DNA from: a bacterium
Lineage (GTDB): Bacteria; 4484-113; JAFGCY01
NCBI GenBank assembly: GCA_020440605.1
Contig: JAGRNT010000005.1
Coordinates: forward strand, 128,404-192,403
Direction of reading: 5' to 3'
DNA: 64,000 nt
In this document: positions 1 through 9,214 of the stretch, piece after piece
Numbering within the stretch: position 1 is the first letter of the stretch
How the letters are laid out: the number at the start of each line of letters is the position of its first letter
Translations under genes and position numbers: made by a program
Notes under the pieces: model-generated
What the model saw: the letters and a program-made list of their open reading frames with translations, nothing else
Databases searched by the model: none
Told to the model about the DNA's origin: nothing

Positions 1-130
1 CGTAGCGGGCCAGCATCTCGGCCTTCTGCCCGGCGCCGTAGGCCAGCAGCAGCACCACCGTGCCCACCCCGACAACCACCCCGAGTACCGTCAGCAGGCT
101 GCGGTTCCACCTCGCCGAGATGGACTTCAT
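1..130 (-). CDS. ABC transporter permease (FtsX-like), N-terminal fragment; rest of the gene lies outside the window
   Basis: ATG at complement 128-130. Translation begins MKSISARWNRSLLTVLGVVVGVGTVVLLLAYGAGQKAEMLARY, a typical FtsX/MacB N-terminal TM helix, paralogous to the next gene. Confidence 0.45.
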   Translation of the reverse strand, partial: MKSISARWNRSLLTVLGVVVGVGTVVLLLAYGAGQKAEMLARY

Positions 131-163
131 GCAGGCCAGGATGATCTCGTAACTGGACATTGC

Positions 164-1381
164 TTATTCGTAGGTCAGGGATTCGATCGGGTCGGTGGAA
201 CTGGCGAGCACCGCTGGCCAGGTCCCGGCCGCGAGTGCGATCACGAGTGAGACGAGCAGGGCCCCGACCATCAGCTGCTGGGAGAGCAGCGGGTCCGGGA
301 CGTTGGCATCCTCGGGCATCGCCGCCATCTTGGCACAGGCCACCACCGCCACGCCCAGACCGACGGCTCCACCGCTCAGGCAGACGATCAGCGCTTCGCT
401 GAGGAACTGACCGACGATCACCGGCCGCGTGGCCCCCAGCGCCTTGCGCAGCCCGATCTCGAGCGTGCGTTCCTCCACGGCCACGAGCATGATGTTCATC
501 ACGCCGACCGCACCGATGGTCAGGCAGAGCACGCCGATCACCAGCAGGAAGCGCGACATTGATCGTGCAGCCGCGGTCCGCCGTTCGATCCACTTGTTGA
601 CCATCCAGATGTTGAGCGGGTCCTCACCGCGCGCGGCCATCTCCATGTACTCCGGATGGCGGGCCTCGAGCACCTCGCGGATGCGTGTCTCCGCATAATC
701 CAGGTACTTCACGTCCCGGACCTCGCCGTTGATGCCGATGTTGGAGGCACGCAGCGGGAATTCCAGCAGGGCGGTGTTCGGGGGAATGCTCACCGTGTCA
801 TTGGTGTTGCCATGCCGGTTGTTGTCCTTGCGGGCCATCACGCCGATGACCTGGAATGCCTTGCCCTCGATCAGCAGCTCCAGCCCCAGCGGATCACGGT
901 TCATGAACAGTTCGTCGCGGACGTTGGCACCGATCACGCAGACCTGGTTCATGGAAAGATTGTCAGTTTCCGAATAGTTGCGGCCGCTGGCCATCTCCAC
1001 GCTGCGGGCCCGGAAGTACTGCGGCTCGGTGGCAACCAGGCTCACGCCTTCCTTCGTCATGCCGCCGAATTCCAGATCCATGCTGCCCATCTCGATGCTG
1101 GCGGCTGCCACGCTCAGCACCTCGACTTCCTCACGGAGGGCCCGGGCGTCATCCAGGGTAAGCATGCTGCGCTCGTCGACATTCCAGACTCCGGCGCTGA
1201 AGGAGGTCGCGCCGAAGCTGTCAAAGCGGTCCAGCAGCTGCTGGGTGTTGCCGGCGGAGTAGGCGATCAGGGTCACGACGCAGCCGACGCCTACGGCGAT
1301 GCCGAGGGTGGTGAGCAGTGAACGCAGCAGATTGGCGCGGATGCCGCGCAGGGCCATGCGAATCACTTCAAAGATGATCAT
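164..1381 (-). CDS. ABC transporter permease, FtsX/MacB/LolE-like, with large periplasmic domain
   Basis: 405-aa ORF, ATG start. N-terminal TM helix, large periplasmic domain, C-terminal FtsX 4-TM region (…GVLCLTIGAVGVMNIMLVAVEERTLEIGLRKALGA…). Confidence 0.8.
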   Translation of the reverse strand: MIIFEVIRMALRGIRANLLRSLLTTLGIAVGVGCVVTLIAYSAGNTQQLLDRFDSFGATSFSAGVWNVDERSMLTLDDARALREEVEVLSVAAASIEMGSMDLEFGGMTKEGVSLVATEPQYFRARSVEMASGRNYSETDNLSMNQVCVIGANVRDELFMNRDPLGLELLIEGKAFQVIGVMARKDNNRHGNTNDTVSIPPNTALLEFPLRASNIGINGEVRDVKYLDYAETRIREVLEARHPEYMEMAARGEDPLNIWMVNKWIERRTAAARSMSRFLLVIGVLCLTIGAVGVMNIMLVAVEERTLEIGLRKALGATRPVIVGQFLSEALIVCLSGGAVGLGVAVVACAKMAAMPEDANVPDPLLSQQLMVGALLVSLVIALAAGTWPAVLASSTDPIESLTYE

Positions 1382-1476
1382 GCCGGAAGGGCCAGCCCCC
1401 GTGCGCCGATACCCAACCTGCGAGGCGCACTATTGATGATATCCCAGTATCAGCTGATTGTTTCAACCTGGGCTGA

Positions 1477-2223
1477 TCAGGCGCGCTGTTCCAGCTGGCT
1501 GACGGTCCGTTCCATCAGCTTGCGCAGTTCCTCGTTGAGCAGTCCCTGGGACTCAATCTCAGGCATCAGCAGGGCTTCCACCTCACGGGCATTGGCCGCG
1601 GTCCGGATACTCAGGAAAAGCTTCTCGATGTGCCGCGGCAGGGCCTCCTCCCGCAGCAGGCGGTACATCACGCTCAGGCGCACCCACTGGAACAGTTCAT
1701 CATCGGCCTCGTCGCGATAGAGCAGGAACTGCTCATAGGCCCGGGTGATGGTTTCGAGGTCGCGGTAGCGGAAGGCGAAGTTGGAAGTGAAATACCACTG
1801 TTCGGCATGCATTTCCTGGAAGCTGAGCGTGGAGAACAGTTCACGGAATTCCTCAAGCGGCAGCACTTCAAGTCCCATGTTGTCAGCTACTATCCGCAGC
1901 TGCAGATAGTAGCGGCGGCGCATCAGGTCGCTTTCGGGCCCGCTGGAGGGTTCCAGCAGGCTGCTGCGGGTTTCAGGATAGGTTTCCTCCGCAATCTGCC
2001 AGTTGCGGAAGGCGACGTGCTGCAGGAAATTCAGGTAGACGCGGAAATACTCAAGCGAGCGTGCCATGTCCGCGCTGAGGTTGCCGGAACTGATGAGCTG
2101 CTCCGCACGCGTGAAATGGCTCCTGAATTCATCCGCGTCCAGCCGGTTGAGGGCTTCGGCCATCGGATCCATCAGGTCCGCATACAGTTGTGCTCTGTTG
2201 TATTGCTGCATTCCCGCCTTCAT
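1477..2223 (-). CDS. hypothetical cytoplasmic helical protein
   Basis: 248-aa ORF with ATG start and coding-like composition. No motif I recognise. Confidence 0.5.
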   Translation of the reverse strand: MKAGMQQYNRAQLYADLMDPMAEALNRLDADEFRSHFTRAEQLISSGNLSADMARSLEYFRVYLNFLQHVAFRNWQIAEETYPETRSSLLEPSSGPESDLMRRRYYLQLRIVADNMGLEVLPLEEFRELFSTLSFQEMHAEQWYFTSNFAFRYRDLETITRAYEQFLLYRDEADDELFQWVRLSVMYRLLREEALPRHIEKLFLSIRTAANAREVEALLMPEIESQGLLNEELRKLMERTVSQLEQRA

Positions 2224-2417
2224 GTCTGCATTCCGGACCGGTGGCTGCGAAAATGCGCCATCCTCGCCCCGGACTGAGGCTGCTGGAGGCCTCAGTAGAC
2301 GATACCCGCAAGCCGGAGGTTACATCTACCGCAGAGGATTAAGTCCCGATTCAGGCTGGATGCCCCTCCAGCGGGATCCGGTCTCAACGGCCCCAATAAC
2401 GGGGCAGGCGCAAGGAA

Positions 2418-3707
2418 ATGCAGGACGGCCCGGTATTGCATAATATGCAGATGCTTCACCCGGCGGCCATGCTGCTCAAGTCCACGCAGATGCAGGAGAT
2501 TGCAAAATCCCTGGCTGAACTGGGCGATGATTTCCACAGAACGATCAACAAGACCCTGCCGCTGCCCAGTGCTGAAACCGAGCTGGTTGGCGTGAATCTC
2601 GGCGAGCTGGTCTTTGCGGTGCTCGGGATCGCCGTGGCACTCGGCCTGCGCTGGTTCCTGGTCTGGATCGTGGGCCGCCTGCTGCACCGCATCAGCCCTG
2701 ACGCGGGGAATGACTGGCAGAACAGCATCTGGGTGCTCCTGATGCGCTATCTGAGCGCAAGTATCGTGCTGTTTGCATTGTTCTATGCCTTTGCGGTGAT
2801 CGAGCTGCCGCGCCGGCCCGTCAACTGGGAACTCTGGCTCTGGCAGGTCTACCTGAGCTGTGCGCTGGCCTACGCCGCCTGGCTCGTGATCAAGACCGTG
2901 GAGTTCGTGATCCGCAGCCTCGCCTGGCGCGCCGGGCGCGGCGGACGCAATGACCAGCTGCAGGTGCTGACGCTGCTGCGCGACCTGCTGCGCGTGGCAC
3001 TGATCATCGTCGCCGTGATCTTCGGCGTGCAGATCTGGGGCTACAACGCCACGACCCTGCTGGCCGGCGTCGGTATCGGCGGTCTGGCCGTGGCCTTCGC
3101 CGCCCAGGACTTCATCGCCAACATCCTCGGCACGATGGTAGTCTGGAGCGACCGGCCCTACAAGGTGGGCGACCACGTGATCCTCGACGGCGTGGAGGGC
3201 ATGGTGGAGGACATCGGCGTGCGCTCGACGCGCATCCGCATGTTTGACCGCACGCTGGTCAGCGTTCCCAACAAGGCCGCTGCCAACGAGAAGGTCTTCA
3301 ACATCGCCGCCATGAACAAGCGCCGCATCCGCTTCACGATCGGGCTGACCTACGACACGACTCCGGAGGAGATCCAGCAGGCGATCGAGACCGTGCTGGA
3401 GCTGATCTCCGCCAATGAGGAGATCGAGCCCGAAACCTTCTGGGCCTGGTTCACGGAGTTCAATTCCTACAGCCAGGACATCGTCGTGCAGTGCTTCACG
3501 AGAAGCAATGACTTCCAGGACTTCATGCGCATCCGCCACGGCCTGCTGCTGGACATCCGCCGGCGCTTCAATGCTCTGGGCCTGGAGTTCGCCTTCCCGA
3601 CCCAGGTGGAATACCAGCTGGAGCCGCGGCCCCTGCCCGTGCCGCCGCCCGTCCCGTCGAAGGGCGGACGCCGCAGGCCGGAAGCTGATGCCGGGAGGAA
3701 GGACTGA
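2418..3707 (+). CDS. mechanosensitive ion channel, MscS family
   Basis: N-terminal TM helices followed by the conserved MscS core GIGGLAVAFAAQDFIANILGTMVVWSDRPYKVGDHVILDGVEGMVEDIGVRSTRIRMFDRTLVSVPN. AAGGAA RBS upstream of ATG 2418. Confidence 0.8.
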   Translation: MQDGPVLHNMQMLHPAAMLLKSTQMQEIAKSLAELGDDFHRTINKTLPLPSAETELVGVNLGELVFAVLGIAVALGLRWFLVWIVGRLLHRISPDAGNDWQNSIWVLLMRYLSASIVLFALFYAFAVIELPRRPVNWELWLWQVYLSCALAYAAWLVIKTVEFVIRSLAWRAGRGGRNDQLQVLTLLRDLLRVALIIVAVIFGVQIWGYNATTLLAGVGIGGLAVAFAAQDFIANILGTMVVWSDRPYKVGDHVILDGVEGMVEDIGVRSTRIRMFDRTLVSVPNKAAANEKVFNIAAMNKRRIRFTIGLTYDTTPEEIQQAIETVLELISANEEIEPETFWAWFTEFNSYSQDIVVQCFTRSNDFQDFMRIRHGLLLDIRRRFNALGLEFAFPTQVEYQLEPRPLPVPPPVPSKGGRRRPEADAGRKD

Positions 3708-4915
3708 TGCTCCTGCAGGACGGCCAGGCCACGCCGGACATCGCCGCGGATTCCGTGAATGCCGTGAGCGAAGCCGTCAGCCAGTACGGCGAGCAGCTGC
3801 GCGGCTGGCTCTCACATTGGCTGCCCGTTGCCGGCAGCGCTGATGGCAGCGTGAGTCTTGTCAACGTGGCGCTGGTGGTGGGCCTGCTGCTCATGATGCT
3901 GCTCGTGCGCCTGCTGCTGCTGAAGGGCGCGGCGCGCCTGCTGGATGTTGACGACGAGGGTGAGATGGAACAGCGCCCCGTGGCGGCGGTGGTCTTCAAG
4001 CTGATCGGCGACGTACTGCTGCTGCTGGCGATCTTCGTTGGCGTGACCCTGCTCAACCTGCCGCAGAAGCCGCTGGACTGGAACATCTTCGCCCTGCGGG
4101 GCTGGATGACCGTGGCACTGGTGCTGGCCGCGCAGCTCAGCTACACCCTGCTCTCGCTGCAGATCCGGCTGCTGGGCCGCACGCGTCTGGCGCGCGAGCA
4201 TGAGGGCCTGTTTCGCCAGCTGCGCCCGCTGCTCAATGACGCCCTGAAGATCGCCATCGGGATCTTCAGCGTGGTGCTGCTGATCCAGATCTGGGGCTAC
4301 AACGCCGGTGCGCTGCTGGCCGGGCTCGGGATCGGCGGGCTGGCCTTCGCCTTCGCGGCCCAGAACAGCATTGCCAACATCTTCGGCACGGTGGTGATCT
4401 TCACGGACCGGCCCTACAAGGTGGGGGACTTCATCCGCATCGGCGAGACCGAGGGCTGGGTCGAGAAGATCGGCGTACGCTCGACGCGCATCCGCCAGCT
4501 GGACACGAACATCGTCACCGTGCCGAATGCGATGATCGCCGACACGGAGATTGTCAACATCACCGAGAGCCCGATGCGCAACATCCGCTTCACGGTCGGG
4601 CTGCTCTACAGCCATGACGCGGAGGTGCTGGAGCGGGCGCTGAGCGGGATCCGCGCGATCACAGCGGAACATGAGGGCCTGGTGCGCGGCATGGGCTGGG
4701 TGCACTTCGACGAATTCGGGGCTTCCAGCCAGGACATCCTCGTGAACGTCTTCGCGGACACCACCGACATCCAGCGCTACATGGAGATCAAGGAGGGCCT
4801 GCTGCTCAAGGTGCGCCGCGAGATGGACGCGATCGGGGCGGGCTTCGCCTTCCCGAGTCGCAGCATCTACCTGGAGGACAGCCCGGGACTGGAGCGGCTG
4901 CGGAGAGAAGAGTGA
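3707..4915 (+). CDS. mechanosensitive ion channel, MscS family (tandem paralog)
   Basis: Start overlaps the upstream stop (TGATG). Core GLGIGGLAFAFAAQNSIANIFGTVVIFTDRPYKVGDFIRIGETEGWVEKIGVRSTRIRQLDTNIVTVPN. GGGAGGAAGGA RBS. Confidence 0.8.
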   Translation: MLLQDGQATPDIAADSVNAVSEAVSQYGEQLRGWLSHWLPVAGSADGSVSLVNVALVVGLLLMMLLVRLLLLKGAARLLDVDDEGEMEQRPVAAVVFKLIGDVLLLLAIFVGVTLLNLPQKPLDWNIFALRGWMTVALVLAAQLSYTLLSLQIRLLGRTRLAREHEGLFRQLRPLLNDALKIAIGIFSVVLLIQIWGYNAGALLAGLGIGGLAFAFAAQNSIANIFGTVVIFTDRPYKVGDFIRIGETEGWVEKIGVRSTRIRQLDTNIVTVPNAMIADTEIVNITESPMRNIRFTVGLLYSHDAEVLERALSGIRAITAEHEGLVRGMGWVHFDEFGASSQDILVNVFADTTDIQRYMEIKEGLLLKVRREMDAIGAGFAFPSRSIYLEDSPGLERLRREE

Positions 4916-5039
4916 ACAGTTGAAGAGTACTGAAGCGTGAAGAGTAAAGCGTGATCAGGCAGCCCGCCGTTCACGGTGCTTCCATGGGAAGGTTGCAGGG
5001 AGCATGTTGCGGTTGCAGAAGAACCTGCATCATTGAACA

Positions 5040-5080
5040 GATGCAATTACGGGACTGTCCCTGCTGCATATAATTAAGCA
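5040..5080 (+). promoter_or_regulatory. candidate sigma70-type promoter for the lipoprotein gene
   Basis: Perfect TATAAT at 5069-5074 with a weak -35 (TTACGG). AGGGGAG RBS and ATG 5099 follow downstream. Confidence 0.35.
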
Positions 5081-5098
5081 GGGGAGAAGCTTGAAGGA

Positions 5099-6436
5099 AT
5101 GCAGACTTCGACCATAAAACCGGTTCGATTGATCTTGCTGCTACTGGGCCTGCTGCTGGCGGGCTGCGCTGGCTCTCAGTCCATTTCAGCAACTGATGTT
5201 GCCAGCGAGCCGGCCGTGGACGAGATGCCTGGGCTGAGCATGCCAGAACTGCCCCTGCCAAGCGAGATCCGGGTGCCCGCTGAAGTTTCCAGTGAATATC
5301 TTAAGCGAGGAGTAGACTACGAAACAGATCTCTACCATGAAGATGTTGAGATTCAAAATGATGCTCTACGATTTCGCACGACTGAAGAAATTATTGACGT
5401 TGCGATTACCTTGTACTGGTTGAAAGTGCCTGATTATGAATGCGAAAAAACGATCAGAACAGAATGGAGTAATAGTTACAAGACAAAATACATAGGTATT
5501 GCCAATTTTTCCGATAACAGATGGGAATGGGCAAGAATCCATGAAGGTCAGTATTCTGAAGATAACGTCAAGCAAGGCGCGATTCTCGTAGCTTTGGCTG
5601 TGAATGGCGATGCAGCCTTAAGATGGCTCATAGCTGGCGATCTTGCTCCTCCAGTAGTCAAGCGGGTCAGCCCAGCACTTCTAAGCGCGGGAGTTCAGTC
5701 TGAGTTCTATGCAAAGTTCGTGAATGATATTCCGGATCAGTATCTTTGGACTTTCGGCGGTGGTCTGTCCATCGACTCTTCCACTGAGGAAGTTCCAGAC
5801 GTTTATGTGGAGGGTCTAGGAAACTACACCGGTACGCTGACAGTTTCCAACCCGTCTGGAAGCAGTGACTTCGAATTCAGCTATGAGATACTAGATCAAA
5901 TGGAGTATGAACCGCTGCATTTGATTGCACTACCTCAGGGCAACCTATTCCATGTGGGAGAAGAAATTCCTATAACCGTATATACCGGAGAAATTCCGGA
6001 AGTGATGCCAATGGATTACGCTATTGTTGGCATGAGCTACCCGGATGCATTGCATTATGTGTTTGGCAGCTATGGAATTGGTGAGATTTCTGAAGATCGG
6101 TGGGAAGCAGATGGATTCTGGAGCAACCAGCCTGATCCAGACATCTGGTTCCTTGAACTTCCTGATGAGTACATCATTGAAGAATCAATCGATGGTACGC
6201 AATTGACATTTTTGTCACTTGTGCTAGCACCGGTTTCTTCTGTAGTGCATTACGGGGAAGGAGGTATCTGCAATCTCAAACTGAAAGCAACTATGCCAGG
6301 TGAATTCAAGCTGTCATTCCAAGAGTTGCGTCCAAACCAATCAACACTTGCAACATACTATAACCAAAATGGCACAACAGGTTTCTGGCATGACATCTCA
6401 AACGAGGGCCAGCCGAGCATCACGGTGCTTCCCTGA
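5099..6436 (+). CDS. lipoprotein, hypothetical; shares an N-terminal domain with the large PPC lipoproteins
   Basis: Signal peptide with lipobox MQTSTIKPVRLILLLLGLLLAGC. From about 5280 the body is visibly AT-rich compared with its flanks. Motif IANFSDNRWEWARI resembles ADYSSGRWDWIG of the 50-64 kb paralogs. Confidence 0.7.
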   Translation: MQTSTIKPVRLILLLLGLLLAGCAGSQSISATDVASEPAVDEMPGLSMPELPLPSEIRVPAEVSSEYLKRGVDYETDLYHEDVEIQNDALRFRTTEEIIDVAITLYWLKVPDYECEKTIRTEWSNSYKTKYIGIANFSDNRWEWARIHEGQYSEDNVKQGAILVALAVNGDAALRWLIAGDLAPPVVKRVSPALLSAGVQSEFYAKFVNDIPDQYLWTFGGGLSIDSSTEEVPDVYVEGLGNYTGTLTVSNPSGSSDFEFSYEILDQMEYEPLHLIALPQGNLFHVGEEIPITVYTGEIPEVMPMDYAIVGMSYPDALHYVFGSYGIGEISEDRWEADGFWSNQPDPDIWFLELPDEYIIEESIDGTQLTFLSLVLAPVSSVVHYGEGGICNLKLKATMPGEFKLSFQELRPNQSTLATYYNQNGTTGFWHDISNEGQPSITVLP

Positions 6437-6437
6437 A

Positions 6438-6505
6438 TCCGGTTTCCGGGATCCGGCTTCCGGGATCGGGAGAATGAATCCCGAAACCCGATACCGGAAA
6501 CCAGC
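6438..6505. terminator. inverted-repeat structure between convergent genes (possible bidirectional terminator)
   Basis: ccggtttccgggatccggcttccgggatcggg … cccgaaacccgataccggaaacc form an extended imperfect hairpin. No clear U-tract. Confidence 0.3.
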
Positions 6506-6561
6506 TGTTCAGCCTGCGCCGCCGCAGTTCCCTGTTGTCAGAATGAATTCTGACCTCCGCA

Positions 6562-7416
6562 TCAGCCACTGCGCTTCAACAGCCCCGTGCGCTTGGCATA
6601 CTTCTCCGCCATCAGGAAGATGAAGTAGCCGAGCGGCAGGAACACCGCGCCGGTGATCACGAGCCCCAGCAACTCCTGGCCCAGCGCGGAAAGAGGTGCG
6701 CCTTCCAGCAGGGCCTTCCTTTGCGCCGTGAGCGCCCAGTAGGCGGGGCTGGCAACCGCCGCGCCCTGCAGCCAGGCTGGCAGCACGCTGATCGGGTAGT
6801 AGACCCCGCTCACGAGCAGGATCACCGCCAGCAGGATGTGCGTGCCCTGCGCCCCCTTCTCCGGGCTGATCAGCGGCAGCACCGCGGCGATCAGGCCCAG
6901 CCCGACCACGGCGAAGCTGCCGATCACCAGCACGACGAGCGCGCTTACGATGTTGGCATTGCTGAGGTCGATGTGGAAGAACCAGACGAGCAGGCCCATC
7001 ATCAGGATGATCCTGACGATGCCGTAGAGCACTGCGAAGGCGCAGACCCCGAACAGATGCGTCAGGCGGTGGATCGGGGCCATGAAGGTGTACTCCAGCG
7101 TGCCCTCCCAGCGCTCCCAGGCCACGGTTTCGGCAACGATGATGAACAGCACCGAGAGGTAGCTCCACATGATCGCGCCGATCAGCAGGTAGAACACGTA
7201 GGGCTGCTCGCCGGCATGCGCGGGGGCCGCGCCGCTGGACATCCCGATCAGGCCGATGATCACGGCGTTGATCAGGTTGTAGGTCAGCCAGACGATGTCC
7301 CAGCCGAGGTAGCGCTTCGTCAGGTCGATGTCGCGCATGATGAAGGCCCGGATCGCCGAGAGTTCGCGCCAGAAGCGCGAGCCGCGGCCGCCGAGCCGTT
7401 GTTCGTTGACAGACAT
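6562..7416 (-). CDS. ABC-2 family transporter permease
   Basis: 284-aa ORF with 6 predicted TM segments of ABC-2 type. Perfect AAGGAGG SD 7 nt upstream of ATG 7416. Presumed partner of the ATPase at 15107-16075. Confidence 0.8.
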   Translation of the reverse strand: MSVNEQRLGGRGSRFWRELSAIRAFIMRDIDLTKRYLGWDIVWLTYNLINAVIIGLIGMSSGAAPAHAGEQPYVFYLLIGAIMWSYLSVLFIIVAETVAWERWEGTLEYTFMAPIHRLTHLFGVCAFAVLYGIVRIILMMGLLVWFFHIDLSNANIVSALVVLVIGSFAVVGLGLIAAVLPLISPEKGAQGTHILLAVILLVSGVYYPISVLPAWLQGAAVASPAYWALTAQRKALLEGAPLSALGQELLGLVITGAVFLPLGYFIFLMAEKYAKRTGLLKRSG

Positions 7417-7426
7417 TGTGTCCTCC

Positions 7427-7552
7427 TTTCCGAGGTTGTAGGATCTGGGTTGTGGGGAGTAGGGCTGGTGTCATGCTGCGCATGACCGGCAGCCCCTGGC
7501 GATGCCTGCGGCATCGCATCTGCTACAACCTACAACCTAGATCCCAGCTCCT
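7427..7552. repeat. MITE-like inverted-repeat element (family A: GGTTGTAGG…CCTACAACCTAG arms around internal palindromes)
   Basis: Left arm gaggttgtaggatctgggttgtgggg; central palindromes catgctgcgcatg and gatgcctgcggcatc; right arm ctacaacctacaacctagatcccagctcc. The right arm contains the stop codon and last codons of GNAT-1. Confidence 0.5.
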
Positions 7553-8079
7553 CGTTGCCATTGCTCACGGGAGATGCCGTAGTACACGGCCCCGTGCCAC
7601 TCACCCCTGCTGAATTCCTCGCAGGGCCTGATTCCGTAAAGCTGCATGCCGCACAGCTCGAGTCCGCGCCGTGCCGCATGGTGGTCGTCCATCGTCTCCG
7701 CACAGACATGCCGGATTGCGTAGTTGCCAAACAGCCAGCTGATCATCAGCCGCTTGGCTTCCACGCCGTAGCCCCGGCCGCGCAGCTCCGGGTGGATCCG
7801 CGTGCCGATCACAGCGCTCCACATGAAGCCGTCGTGCGAACTGTAATACTCATTGCCAATATGCCGGCCCGTTGCCAGCTGCTCCACGGCAAAGCAGCCG
7901 TACTCCGCTGACAGCAACCCGCTGCGTGAGAATTCGCGCCGGTCACGGATGCCCGGCTGTGGAACCGGCCCCCAGAAGGGGTTGCCTTCCCGGGCCTCGA
8001 GCTGCCGCCAGGCCTCGTACTCCGCGTAGTCACGGTAGGGCCTGAGCCGGATGCGCGCGCCATTGACAATCAGCTGCAT
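7537..8079 (-). CDS. GNAT family N-acetyltransferase (RimL/Acetyltransf_3-like), paralog 1
   Basis: ATG at complement 8077-8079 (MQLIVNGARIRLRPY…). Motif HPELRGRGYGVEAKRLM matches the acetyl-CoA-binding motif A. The 299-aa track ORF is an upstream over-extension. Confidence 0.75.
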   Translation of the reverse strand: MQLIVNGARIRLRPYRDYAEYEAWRQLEAREGNPFWGPVPQPGIRDRREFSRSGLLSAEYGCFAVEQLATGRHIGNEYYSSHDGFMWSAVIGTRIHPELRGRGYGVEAKRLMISWLFGNYAIRHVCAETMDDHHAARRGLELCGMQLYGIRPCEEFSRGEWHGAVYYGISREQWQRGAGI

Positions 8080-8080
8080 C

Positions 8081-8647
8081 TCAGCCGGCCCTCCGCACCG
8101 CGTGGCGGTAGTCCATTGCCTCCCACTCAGCGCGCGTGATCTGATAGGCAGCCGTCGCCTCGCGCCGTCCCCTGCACCAGTGCACGCAGGGTCGCAGACC
8201 GGCCGGGCGCATGCCGGCAAGTTCCATCCCGCGGATCGCCGCGGCGTGCGTTGCCACCGTGATTGCGAACAGCGATTCAAACGGATAGTTCTCGAACAGC
8301 TGGCAGGCCAGCAGCTGCTTGGCCGCGACACCGTACCCGCGCCGCTGCCAGGCGGGACGGATGAAGGTCCCGAGGTAGGCACTGAGACTCGGCAGCACGG
8401 CGGTGCTGCTTTCCTCATAACCGACGACCTCGCCACTGGCCAGGTCCTCGACAGCGAAGATGTTCAGGCCCTGCTCCGAGATGTAGCCGGAGGACATGAA
8501 GTCGCGCCGCTGCTCTGCAATCGGCCAGTGATGCGGACCCCACTGCTCGTTGCCACATTCCAGCTCCTCGTGCACGAGCACGAGATACTCATCCGCATCC
8601 CTGAAGGGCCGGATCCGCACCCGTTCATTCTGATAGACCGTATACAT
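8081..8647 (-). CDS. GNAT family N-acetyltransferase, paralog 2
   Basis: ATG at 8645-8647 (MYTVYQNERVRIRPF…). Motif QRRGYGVAAKQLL. C-terminus …WEAMDYRHAVRRAG. 1-nt gap to paralog 1. Confidence 0.75.
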   Translation of the reverse strand: MYTVYQNERVRIRPFRDADEYLVLVHEELECGNEQWGPHHWPIAEQRRDFMSSGYISEQGLNIFAVEDLASGEVVGYEESSTAVLPSLSAYLGTFIRPAWQRRGYGVAAKQLLACQLFENYPFESLFAITVATHAAAIRGMELAGMRPAGLRPCVHWCRGRREATAAYQITRAEWEAMDYRHAVRRAG

Positions 8648-8648
8648 G

Positions 8649-9212
8649 TCAGCTCCTCCTGACCCTGTGGCGGTAGTCCATTGCCTCCCACTCACTGCGC
8701 GAGATCTGGAAATAGATCACGCTGACCCAGCCACCCTGCCGGTAATGGCAACAGGGGCGGATTCCCAGGCAGCGCATCCCGCACAGCTCCAGCCCGCGGC
8801 GGGCCCGCTCATGCGTCCAGACCGTGTCAGCCATCACGGTCTGCAGCGGGTGGTTCTCGAACAGCATGCTGATCAGCAGCTGCTTGGCCTCCATCCCGAA
8901 TCCGCGCCGCTGATGCTCGGGACGGATAAAGGTCCCGATCCAGGCCGTCAGGCGCGGCAGCGTCAGCGGCCCGACTTCCTCGTAGCCCACCGCCTCGCCG
9001 CTATCCAGGCGCTCGATGCAGTACATGCGCCGGCCGTTCTCCGAGATCATGCCGTTGTCAGCGAAGTCCCGCCGCACGGCGGGCACGGTTTCATGGTAGG
9101 GACCCCAGTGGGCATTCGGTGTGCGGTTCTCCTCACTGAAGATCCGCAGCACCTCATCCTCACTGTGGAAGGGCCGCAGCCGTACGAGCTGCCCCTCATA
9201 GATCTGATGCAT
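8649..9212 (-). CDS. GNAT family N-acetyltransferase, paralog 3
   Basis: The track start is TTG at 9218; the first ATG is at 9210-9212 (MHQIYEGQLVRLRPF…). Motif HQRRGFGMEAKQLL. C-terminus …WEAMDYRHRVRRS. Confidence 0.75.
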   Translation of the reverse strand: MHQIYEGQLVRLRPFHSEDEVLRIFSEENRTPNAHWGPYHETVPAVRRDFADNGMISENGRRMYCIERLDSGEAVGYEEVGPLTLPRLTAWIGTFIRPEHQRRGFGMEAKQLLISMLFENHPLQTVMADTVWTHERARRGLELCGMRCLGIRPCCHYRQGGWVSVIYFQISRSEWEAMDYRHRVRRS

Positions 9213-9214
9213 GT

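Noticed and set aside
6509-7519. 336-aa plus-strand-antisense ORF (and similar long ORFs 656-1321, 2292-3539, 3812-4705, 19585-24017 region, 20384-21691, 25909-27174, 34453-35820, 38084-39940)
   Set aside because: These lie antisense to well-supported genes (ABC-2 permease, MscS, TPR protein, ffh, pepF and others). They are Arg/Ala/Pro-rich, as expected of open frames in high-GC DNA, and have no start context or motifs.
8080-8436. Long N-terminal extensions of the track ORFs for GNATs 1, 2 and 5, SRPBCC 45360 and 45829, membrane protein 47088, MBOAT and AIM24
   Set aside because: The extensions are Arg/Ser/Pro-rich and unlike the conserved paralog N-termini, and they overlap the upstream gene. 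Internal ATGs aligned with the conserved (M)YTTYTG / signal-peptide starts were used instead. Several track starts are TTG or GTG (8649-9218, 12489-13073, 30575-31201, 44821-45342, 37142-38074), which I checked directly on the sequence.
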